Below, one piece after another: positions 1 to 11,361 of a stretch of DNA of 64,000 nucleotides. Each line of letters begins with the position of its first letter. Positions within the stretch are counted from its first letter, which is position 1. The notes beneath the pieces are model-generated. The model ran no database searches. It was not told the origin of the DNA and saw only the letters and a program-made list of their open reading frames with translations. The stretch comes from Eledone cirrhosa (Eukaryota): the NCBI GenBank assembly GCA_964016885.1, contig OZ024741.1, forward strand, positions 248,000,001-248,064,000. The letters are read 5' to 3'. The translations under genes were made by a program, and so were the position numbers.

Positions 1-34
1 TTTTTTAAAAAATTATCTCCCCTTGGACGGCTGG

Positions 35-59
35 AAATTATCTCCCCTTGGACGGCTAG
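35..59 (+). repeat. Monomer A example (consensus AAATTATCTCCCCTTGGACGGCTGG, 25 bp; this copy ends CTAG)
   Basis: Read directly. The consensus has 13/25 GC, one CpG and a CCTTGG site. Length variants are 24 bp (GGACGCTGG, GGAGGCTGG) and 21 bp (CCCCTTGGCTGG, e.g. 5655-5675). Confidence 0.97.
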
Positions 60-301
60 AAATTACCTCTCCTTGGACGGCTGAAAATTATCTCCCCTTG
101 GACGGCTGGAAATTATCTCCCCTTGATTTTTTTACAAATTATCTCCCCCTGATTTTTTTTTTACAAATTATCTCCCCCTGATTTTTTTTTACAAATTATC
201 TACCCCTGATTTTTTTTTACAAATTATCTCCCCCTGATTTTTTTTACAAATTATCTCCCCCTGATTTTTTTTTACAAATTATCTCCCCCTGATTTTTTTA
301 C

Positions 302-328
302 AAATTATCTCCCCCTGATTTTTTTTAC
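302..328 (+). repeat. Monomer B example (AAATTATCTCCCCCTGATTTTTTTTAC, 27 bp with T8; 26-29 bp with T7-T10)
   Basis: Read directly. It has the same head as monomer A, with a poly-T tail in place of GACGGCTGG. Confidence 0.97.
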
Positions 329-557
329 AAATTATCTCCGCCTGATTTTTTTAAATATTATCTCTCCTTGGCTGGCGGGAAATTATCTCCCCTTGGACGG
401 CTGGAAATTATCTCCCCTTGGAAGGATGGAAATTATCTCCCCTTGGACGGCTAGAAATTATCTCTCTTTGGACGGCTGGAAATTATCACCCCTTGAGTTT
501 TTTACAAATTATCTCCCCCTGATTTTTTTTACAAATCTCCCAGTGATTTTTAAAAAA

Positions 558-656
558 AAATTATCTCCCCTTCGCTGGCTGGAAATTATCTCCCCTTGGA
601 CGCTGGAAATTATAGCCCCTTGGAGGGCTTGAAATTATCTTCCCTTGGACGGCTGG
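558..656 (+). repeat. Stereotyped four-monomer A module (TTCGCTGG / GGACGCTGG / TATAGCCCC..GAGGGCT / TCTTCCC)
   Basis: The same four variant monomers occur in the same order at about 1970, 5810, 7410, 8315, 10250, 11660, 14405, 16865, 22070, 23695, 25305, 28385, 34230, 39920, 50090, 56775 and 60715. Confidence 0.92.
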
Positions 657-1057
657 AAATTATCTCCCCTTGATTTTTTTTTACAAATTATCTCCCCCTG
701 ATTTTTTTTTACAAATTATCTCCCCCTGATTTTTTTTTACAACTTATCTGCGCCAGATTTTTTTAAAAAAATTATCTCCCCTTGGACGGCTGGAAATTAT
801 CTCCCCTTGGACGGCTGGAAATTATCTCTCCTTGGACGGCTAGAATTTACCTCTCCTTGGACGGCTGAAAATTATCTCCCCTTGGACGGCTGGAAATTAT
901 CTCCCCTTGATTTTTTTTACAAATTATCTCCCCCTGATTTTTTTTTACGAATTATCTCCCCCTGATTTTTTTTTACAAATTATCTCCCCCTGATTTTTTT
1001 TTACAAATTATCTCCCCCTGATTTTTTTTACAAATTATCTCCCTCTGATTTTTTTAC

Positions 1058-1281
1058 AAATTATCTCCCCTTGGCTGGCTGGAAATTATCTCCCCTAGGA
1101 GGCTGGAACTTATCTCCCCTTGGACGGCTAGAAATTACCTCTCTTTGGACGGCTGGAAAATATGTCTCCTTGGACGGCTGGATATTATCTCCCCTTGGAC
1201 GGCTGGAAATTATCTCCCCTTGGACGGCTGGAAATTATCTCCCCTTGGATGGCTAGATATTACCTCCCCTTGGACGGCTGG
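1058..1281 (+). repeat. Stereotyped nine-monomer A module (224 bp), type example
   Basis: The ordered variants GGCTGGCTGG / GAGGCTGGAACT / CTAG / TACCTCT / AAAATATGTCTCC / ATATT / consensus / GATGGCTAG / ATATTACC recur in this order near 3664, 4547, 5019, 6290, 9353, 10763, 14756, 15965, 19959, 21168, 22578, 38376, 41619, 47739, 48364, 54863, 55488 and 61201. Confidence 0.93.
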
Positions 1282-4200
1282 AAATTATCTCCCCTTGATT
1301 TTTTTTACAAATTATCTCCCCCTGATTTTTTTTTACAAATTATCTCCCCCGATTTTTTTTTACAAATTATCTCCCCCTGATTTTTTTTTACAAATTATCT
1401 CCCCCTGATTTTTGTTTACAAATTATCTCCCCTTGGACGGCTGGAAATTATCTCCCCTTGGACGGCTAGAAATTACCTCTCCTTGGACGGCTGAAAATTA
1501 TCCTCCCTTGGACGGCTGGAAATTATCTCCCCTTGATTTTTTTACAAATTATCTCCCCCTGATTTTTTTTTTACAAATTATCTCACCCTGATTTTTTTTA
1601 CAAATTATCTACCCCTGATTTTTTTTTACAAATTATCTCCCCCTGATTTTTTTTACAAATTATCTCCCACTGATTTTTTTTTTACAAATTATCTCCCCCT
1701 GATTTTTTTACAAATTATCTCCCCCTGATTTTTTTTACAAATTATATCCGCCTGATTTTTTTAAATATTATCTCTCCTTGGCTGGCGGGAAATTATCTCC
1801 CCTTGGACGGCTGGAAATTATCTCCCCTTGGAAGGATGGAAATTATCTCCCCTTGGACGGCTAGAAATTATCTCTCTTTGGACGGCTGGAAATTATCACC
1901 CCTTGAGCTTTTTACAAATTATCTCCCCCTGATTTTTTTTACAAATCTCCCTGTGATTTTTTAAAAAAAATTATCTCCCCTTCGCTGGCTGGAAATTATC
2001 TCCCCTTGGACGCTGGAAATTATAGCCCCTTGGAGGGCTGGAAATTATCTTCCCATGGACGGCTGGAAATTATCTCCCCTTGATTTTTTTTACAAATTAT
2101 CTCCCCCTGATTTTTTTTTACAAATTATCTCCCCCTGATTTTTTTTACAACTTATCTGCGCCTGATTTTTTTTTAAAAATTATCTCCCCTTGGACGGCTG
2201 GAAATTATCTCCCCTTGGACGGCTGGAAATTATCTCTCCTTGGACGGCTAGAATTTACCTCTCCTTGGACGGCTGAAAATTATCTCCCCTTGGACGGCTG
2301 GAAATTATCTCCCCTTGATTTTTTTTACAAATTATCTCCCCCTGATTTTTTTTTACAAATTATCTCCCCCTGATTTTTTTTTACAAATTATCTCCCCCTG
2401 ATTTTTTTTTACAAATTATCTACCCCTGATTTTTTTTTACAAATTATCTCCCCTTGGCTGGCTGGAAATTATCTCCCCTTGGAGGCTGGAACTTATCTCC
2501 CCTTGGACGGCTAGAAATTACCTCTCCTTGGACGGCTGGAAAATATGTCTCCTTGGACGGCTGGATATTATCTCCCCTTGGACGGCTGGAAATTATCTCC
2601 CCTTGGACGGCTGAAAATTATCTCCCCTTGATTTTTTTTACAAATTATCTCCCCCTGATTTTTTTTTACAAATTATCTCCCCCTGATTTTTGTTTACAAA
2701 TTATCTCCGCCTGATTTTTTAAAAAAATTATCTCCCCTTGGACGGCTGGAAATTATCTCCCCTTGGACGGATAGAAATTACCTCTCCTTGGACGGCTGAA
2801 AATTATCTCCCCTTTGACGGCTGGAAATTATCTCCCCTTGATTTTTTTACAAATTATCTCCCCCTGATTTTCTTTTTACAAATTATCTCCCCCTGATTTT
2901 TTTTTACAAATTATCTACCCCTGATTTTTTTTTACAAATTATCTCCCCCTGATTTTTTTTACAAATTATCTCCCCCTGATTTTTTTTTACAAATTATCTC
3001 CCCCTGATTTTTTTACAAATTATCTCCCCCTGATTTTTTTTACAAATTATCTCCGCCTGATTTTTTTAAATATTATCTCTCCTTGGCTGGCGGGAAATTA
3101 TCTCCCCTTGGACGGCTGGAAATTATCTCCCCTTGGAAGGATGGAAATTATCTCCCCTTGGACGGCTGGAAATTATCTACCCCTGATTTTTTTTACAAAT
3201 TATCTCCCCCTGATTTTTTTTACAAATTATCTCCCCCTGATTTTTTTTACAAATTATCTACCCCTGATTTTTTTTACAAATTATCTCCCCCTGATTTTTT
3301 TTACAAATTATCTCCCCCTGATTTTTTTTTTACAAATTATCTCACCCTGATTTTTTTACAAATTATCTCCCCCTGATTTTTTTTACAAATTATCTCCGCC
3401 TGATTTTTTTAAATATTATCTTCCCTTGGCTGGCGGGAAATTATCTCCCCTTGAAGGGCTGAAAATTATCTCCCCTTGGACGGCTGGAAATTATCTCCCC
3501 TTGATTTTTTTTACAAATTATCTCCCCCTGATTTTTTTTTACAAATTATCTCCCCCTGATTTTTTTTACAAATTATCTCCCCCTGATTTTTTTTTACAAA
3601 TTATCTGCCGCTGATTTTTTTTACAAATTATCTCCCCCTGATTTTTTTACAAATTATCTCCCCTTGGCTGGCTGGAAATTACCTCCCCTTGGAGGCTGGA
3701 ATTTATCTCCCCTTGGACGGCTAGAAATTACCTCTCCTTGGACGGCTGGAAAATATGTCTCCTTGGACGGCTGGATATTATCTCCCCTTGGACGGCTGGA
3801 AATTATCTCCCGTTGGACGGCTGGAAATTATCTCCCCTTGGACGGATAGATATTACCTCCCCTTGGACGGCTGGAAATTATCTCCCCTTGATTTTTTTTA
3901 CAAATTATCTCCCCCTGATTTTTTTTTACAAATTATCTCCCCCTGATTTTTTTTTACAAATTATCTCCCCCTGATTTTTTTTTTACAAATTATCTCCGCT
4001 TGATTTTTTAAAAAAATTATCTCTCCTTGGACGGCTGGAAATTATCTCCCCATGGACGGCTGGAAATTATCTCCCCTTGGACGGCTAGAAATTATCTCTC
4101 CTTGGACGGCTGAAAATTATCTCCCCTTGGACGGCTGCAAATTATCTCCCCTTGATTTTTTTTATAAATTATCTCCCCCTGATTTTTTTTACAAATTATC

Positions 4201-7200
4201 TCCCCCTGATTTTTTTTACAAATCTCCCAGTGATTTTTTAAAAAAATTATCTCCCCTTGGACGGCTGGAAATTATCTCCCCTTGGACGGCTGGAAATTAT
4301 CTCGCCTTGGACGGCTAGAATTTACCTCTCCTTGGACGGCTGAAAATTATCTCCCCTTGGACGGCTGGAAATTATCTCCCCTTGATTTTTTTTACAAATT
4401 ATCTCCCCCTGATTTTTTTTTACAAATTATCTCCCCCTGATTTTTTTTTACAAATTATCTCCCCCTGATTTTTTTTTACAAATTATCTCCCCCTGATTTT
4501 TTTTACAAATTATCTCCCCCCTGATTTTTTTACAAATTATCTCCCCTTGGCTGGCTGGAAATTATCTCCCCTTGGAGGCTGGAACTTATCTCCCCTTGGA
4601 CGGCTAGAAATTACCTCTCCTTGGACGGCTGGAAAATATGTCTCCTTGGACGGCTGGATATTATCTCCCCTTGGACGGCTGGAAATTATCTCCCCTTGGA
4701 CGGCTGGAAATTATCTCCCCTTGGATGGCTAGATATTACCTCCCCTTGGACGGCTGGAAATTATCTCCCTTTGATTTTTTTTACAAATTATCTCCCCCTG
4801 ATTTTTTTTTACAAATTATCTCCCCCTGATTTTTTTTTACAAATTATCTCCCCCTGATTTTTGTTTACAAATTATCTCCCCCTGATTTTTTTTTACGAAT
4901 TATCTCCCCCTGATTTTTTTTTACAAATTATCTCCCCCTGATTTTTTTTTACAAATTATCTCCCCCTGATTTTTTTTACAAATTATCTCCCTCTGATTTT
5001 TTTACAAATTATCTCCCCTTGGCTGGCTGGAAATTATCTCCCCTAGGAGGCTGGAACTTATCTCCCCTTGGACGGCTAGAAATTACCTCTCTTTGGACGG
5101 CTGGAAAATATGTCTCCTTGGACGGCTGGATATTATCTCCCCTTGGACGGCTGGAAATTATCTCCCCTTGGACGGCTGGAAATTATCTCCCCTTGGATGG
5201 CTAGATATTACCTCCCCTTGGACGGCTGGAAATTATCTCCCCTTGATTTTTTTTACAAATTATCTCCCCCTGATTTTTTTTTACAAATTATCTCCCCCGA
5301 TTTTTTTTTACAAATTATCTCCCCCTGATTTTTGTTTACAAATTATCTCCCCTTGGACGGCTGGAAATTATCTCCCCTTGGACGGCTAGAAATTACCTCT
5401 CCTTGGACGGCTGAAAATTATCCTCCCGTGGACGGCTGGAAATTATCTCCCCTTGATTTTTTTACAAATTATCTCCCCCTGATTTTTTTTTTACAAATTA
5501 TCTCACCCTGATTTTTTTTACAAATTATCTACCCCTGATTTTTTTTTACAAATTATCTCCCCCTGATTTTTTTTACAAATTATCTTCCACTGATTTTTTT
5601 TACAAATTATCTCCACCTGATTTTTTAAAAAATTATCTCCCCTTGGAAGGCTGGAAATTATCTCCCCTTGGCTGGAAATTATCTCCCCTTGAACGGCTAG
5701 AAATTATCTCTCTTTGGACGGCTGGAAATTATCACCCCTTGAGTTTTTTACAAATTATCTCCCCCTGATTTTTTTTACAAATCTCCCAGTGATTTTTAAA
5801 AAAAAATTATCTCCCCTTCGCTGGCTGGAAATTATCTCCCCTTGGACGCTGGAAATTATAGCCCCTTGGAGGGCTTGAAATTATCTTCCCTTGGACGGCT
5901 GGAAATTATCTCCCCTTGATTTTTTTTTACAAATTATCTCCCCCTGATTTTTTTTTACAAATTATCTCCCCCTGATTTTTTTTACAACTTATCTGCGCCT
6001 GATTTTTTTAAAAAAATTATCTCCCCTTGGACGGCTGGAAATTATCTCTCCTTGGACGGCTAGAATTTACCTCTCCTTGGACGGCTGAAAATTATCTCCC
6101 CTTGGACGGCTGGAAATTATCTCCCCTTGATTTTTTTTACAAATTATCTCCCCCTGATTTTTTTTTCGAATTATCTCCCCCTGATTTTTTTTTACAAATT
6201 ATCTCCCCCTGATTTTTTTTTACAAATTATCTCCCCCTGATTTTTTTTACAAATTATCTCCCTCTGATTTTTTTACAAATTATCTCCCCTTGGCTGGCTG
6301 GAAATTATCTCCCCTAGGAGGCTGGAACTTATCTCCCCTTGGACGGCTAGAAATTACCTCTCTTTGGACGGCTGGAAAATATGTCTCCTTGGACGGCTGG
6401 ATATTATCTCCCCTTGGACGGCTGGAAATTATCTCCCCTTGGACGGCTGGAAATTATCTCCCCTTGGATGGCTAGATATTACCTCCCCTTGGACGGCTGG
6501 AAATTATCTCCCCTTGATTTTTTTTTACAAATTATCTCCCCCTGATTTTTTTTTACAAATTATCTCCCCCGATTTTTTTTTACAAATTATCTCTCCCTGA
6601 TTTTTTTTTACAAATTATCTCCCCCTGATTTTTGTTTACAAATTATCTCCCCTTGGACGGCTGGAAATTATCTCCCCTTGGACGGCTAGAAATTACCTCT
6701 CCTTGGACGGCTGAAAATTATCCTCCCTTGGACGGCTGGAAATTATCTCCCCTTGATTTTTTTACAAATTATCTCCCCCTGATTTTTTTTTTACAAATTA
6801 TCTCACCCTGATTTTTTTTACAAATTATCTACCCCTGATTTTTTTTTACAAATTATCTCCCCCTGATTTTTTTTACAAATTATCTCCCACTGATTTTTTT
6901 TTTACAAATTATCTCCCCCTGATTTTTTTACAAATTATCTCCCCCTGATTTTTTTTACAAATTATATCCGCCTGATTTTTTTAAATATTATCTCTCCTTG
7001 GCTGGCGGGAAATTATCTCCCCTTGGACGGCTGGAAATTATCTCCCCTTGGAAGGATGGAAATTATCTCCCCTTGGACGGCTGGAAATTATCTACCCCTG
7101 ATTTTTTTTACAAATTATCTCCCCCTGATTTTTTTTACAAATTATCTCCCCCTGATTTTTTTTTTACAAATTATCTCCCCCTGATTTTTTTACAAATTAT

Positions 7201-10200
7201 CTCCCCCTGATTTTTTTTACAAATTATCTCCGCCTGATTTTTTAAAATATTATCTTACCTTGGCTGGCGGGAAATTATCTCCCCTTGGACGGCTGAAAAT
7301 TATCTCCCCTTGGACGGCTGGAAATTATCTCCCCTTGATTTTTTTTACAAATTATCTCCCCCTGATTTTTTTTTACAAATTATCTCCCACTGATTTAAAA
7401 AAAAAAATTATCTCCCCTTCGCTGGCTGGAAATTATCTCCCCTTGGACGCTGGAAATTATAGCCCCTTGGAGGGCTGGAAATTATCTTCCCTTGGACGGC
7501 TGGAAATTATCTCCCCTTGATTTTTTTTTACAAATTATCTCCCCCTGATTTTTTTTTACAAATTATCTCCCCCTGATTTTTTTTTACAAATTATCTCCCC
7601 CTGATTTTTTTTTTACAAATTATCTCCGCCTGATTTTTTTTTAAAAATTATCTCCCCTTGGACGGCTGGAAATTATCTCCCCTTGGACGGCTGGAAATTA
7701 TCTCCCCTTGGACGGCTAGAAATTATCTCTCCTTGGACGGCTGAAAATTATCTCCCCTTGGACGGCTGCAAATTATCTCCCCTTGATTTTTTTTACAAAT
7801 TATCTCCCCCTGATTTTTTTTACAAATTATCTCCCCCTGATTTTTTTTACAAATTATCTACCCCTGATTTTTTTTACAAATTATCTCCCCCTGATTTTTT
7901 TTTACAAATTATCTCCCTCTGATTTTTTTTTACAAATTATCTCCCCCTGATTTTTTTTTACAAATTATCTCCCCCTGATTTTTTTACAAATTATCTCCCC
8001 CTGATTTTTTTTACAATCTCCGCCTGATTTTTTTAAAAATTATCTTCCCTTGGCTGGCGGGAAATTATCTCCCCTTGGACGGCTGGAAATTATCTCCCCT
8101 TGGAAGGATGGAAATTATCTCCCCTTGGACGGCTGGAAATTATCTCCCCTTGCACGGCTGGAAATTATCTCCCCTTGGCTGGAAATTATCTCCCCTTGGA
8201 CGGCTAGAAATTATCTCTCTTTGGACGGCTGGAAATTATCTCCCTTTGATTTTTTTTACAAATTATCTCCCTCTGATTTTTTTTACAAATCTCCCCCTGA
8301 TTTTTTAAAAAAAATTATCTCCCCTTCGCTGGCTGGAAATTATCTCCCCTTGGACACTGGAAATTATAGCCCCTTGGAGGGCTGGAAATTATCTTCTCTT
8401 GGACGGCTGGAAATTATCTCCCCTTGATTTTTTTTACAAATTATCTCCCCCTGATTTTTTTTTACAAATTATCTCCCCCGATTTTTTTTTACAAATTATC
8501 TCCCCCTGATTTTTTTTTACAAATTATCTCCCCCTGATTTTTGTTTACAAATTATCTCCCCTTGGACGGCTGGAAATTATCTCCCCTTGGACGGCTAGAA
8601 ATTACCTCTCCTTGGACGGCTGAAAATTATCCTCCCTTGGACGGCTGGAAATTATCTCCCCTTGATTTTTTTACAAATTATCTCCCCCTGATTTTTTTTT
8701 TACAAATTATCTCACCCTGATTTTTTTTACAAATTATCTACCCCTGATTTTTTTTTACAAATTATCTCCCCCTGATTTTTTTTACAAATTATCTCCCACT
8801 GATTTTTTTTTTACAAATTATCTCCCCCTGATTTTTTTACAAATTATCTCCCCCTGATTTTTTTTACAAATTATATCCGCCTGATTTTTTTAAATATTAT
8901 CTCTCCTTGGCTGGCGGGAAATTATCTCCCCTTGGACGGCTGGAAATTATCTCCCCTTGGAAGGATGGAAATTATCTCCCCTTGGACGGCTGGAAATTAT
9001 CTACCCCTGATTTTTTTTACAAATTATCTCCCCCTGATTTTTTTTACAAATTATCTCCCCCTGATTTTTTTTTTACAAATTATCTCCCCCTGATTTTTTT
9101 ACAAATTATCTCCCCCTGATTTTTTTTACAAATTATCTCCGCCTGATTTTTTAAAATATTATCTTACCTTGGCTGGCGGGAAATTATCTCCCCTTGGACG
9201 GCTGAAAATTATCTCCCCTTGGACGGCTGGAAATTATCTCCCCTTGATTTTTTTTACAAATTATCTCCCCCTGATTTTTTTTTACAAATTATCTCCCCCT
9301 GATTTTTTTTACAAATTATCTCCCCCCTGATTTTTTTACAAATTATCTCCCCTTGGCTGGCTGGAAATTATCTCCCCTTGGAGGCTGGAACTTATCTCCC
9401 CTTGGACGGCTAGAAATTACCTCTCCTTGGACGGCTGGAAAATATGTCTCCTTGGACGGCTGGATATTATCTCCCCTTGGACGGCTGGAAATTATCTCCC
9501 CTTGGACGGCTGGAAATTATCTCCCCTTGGATGGCTAGATATTACCTCCCCTTGGACGGCTGGAAATTATCTCCCTTTGATTTTTTTTACAAATTATCTC
9601 CCCCTGATTTTTTTTTACAAATTATCTCCCCCTGATTTTTTTTTACAAATTATCTCCCCCTGATTTTTGTTTACAAATTATCTCCGCCTGATTTTTTTTT
9701 AAAAATTATCTCCCCTTGGACGGCTGGAAATTATCTCCCCATGGACGGCTAGAAATTACCTCTCCTTGGACGGCTGAAAATTATCTCCCCTTGGACGGCT
9801 GGAAATTATCTCCCCTTGATTTTTTTACAAATTATCTCCCCCTGATTTTTTTTTTACAAATTATCTCCCCCTGATTTTTTTTTACAAATTATCTACCCCT
9901 GATTTTTTTTTACAAATTATCTCCCCCTGATTTTTTTTACAAATTATCTCCCCCTGATTTTTTTTTACAAATTATCTCCCCCTGATTTTTTTACAAATTA
10001 TCTCCCCCTGATTTTTTTACAAATTATCTCCGCCTGATTTTTTTAAATATTATCTCTCCTTGGCTGGCGGGAAATTATCTCCCCTTGGACTGCTGGAAAT
10101 TATCTCCCCTTGGAAGGATGGAAATTATCTCCCCTTGGACGGCTAGAAATTATCTCTCTTTGGACGGCTGGAAATTATCACCCCTTGAGTTTTTTACAAA

Positions 10201-11361
10201 TTATCTCCCCCTGATTTTTTTTACAAATCTCCCAGTGATTTTTAAAAAAAAATTATCTCCCCTTCGCTGGCTGGAAATTATCTCCCCTTGGACGCTGGAA
10301 ATTATAGCCCCTTGGAGGGCTTGAAATTATCTTCCCTTGGACGGCTGGAAATTATCTCCCGTTGATTTTTTTTTACAAATTATCTCCCCCTGATTTTTTT
10401 TTACAAATTATCTCCCCCTGATTTTTTTTTACAACTTATCTGCGCCAGATTTTTTTAAAAAAATTATCTCCCCTTGGACGGCTGGAAATTATCTCCCCTT
10501 GGACGGCTGGAAATTATCTCTCCTTGGACGGCTAGAATTTACCTCTCCTTGGACGGCTGAAAATTATCTCCCCTTGGACGGCTGGAAATTATCTCCCCTT
10601 GATTTTTTTTACAAATTATCTCCCCCTGATTTTTTTTTACGAATTATCTCCCCCTGATTTTTTTTTACAAATTATCTCCCCCTGATTTTTTTTTACAAAT
10701 TATCTCCCCCTGATTTTTTTTACAAATTATCTCCCTCTGATTTTTTTACAAATTATCTCCCCTTGGCTGGCTGGAAATTATCTCCCCTAGGAGGCTGGAA
10801 CTTATCTCCCCTTGGACGGCTAGAAATTACCTCTCTTTGGACGGCTGGAAAATATGTCTCCTTGGACGGCTGGATATTATCTCCCCTTGGACGGCTGGAA
10901 ATTATCTCCCCTTGGACGGCTGGAAATTATCTCCCCTTGGATGGCTAGATATTACCTCCCCTTGGACGGCTGGAAATTATCTCCCCTTGATTTTTTTTAC
11001 AAATTATCTCCCCCTGATTTTTTTTTACAAATTATCTCCCCCGATTTTTTTTTACAAATTATCTCCCCCTGATTTTTTTTTACAAATTATCTCCCCCTGA
11101 TTTTTGTTTACAAATTATCTCCCCTTGGACGGCTGGAAATTATCTCCCCTTGGACGGCTAGAAATTACCTCTCCTTGGACGGCTGAAAATTATCCTCCCT
11201 TGGACGGCTGGAAATTATCTCCCCTTGATTTTTTTACAAATTATCTCCCCCTGATTTTTTTTTTACAAATTATCTCACCCTGATTTTTTTTACAAATTAT
11301 CTACCCCTGATTTCTTTTTACAAATTATCTCCCCCTGATTTTTTTTACAAATTATCTCCCA

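Larger units (their letters stand above)
1..4610 (+). repeat. Copy 1 of a >=4.6 kb dispersed duplication (copy 2 at about 9693-14305, offset 9,692-9,694)
   Basis: ORF-track pairs 393/10085, 1071/10763, 2080/11772, 2454/12146, 3426/13119 and 4052/13745. Shared rare variants include GCCAGATT, GAGCTTT, GGATAGA, TTGAAGGG and CCGCTTG. Confidence 0.92.

Noticed and set aside
110-356. Rho-independent or Pol III terminators at the poly-T tracts
   Set aside because: There is no strong GC hairpin before the T runs and no upstream gene or promoter. The tracts are simply part of monomer B.
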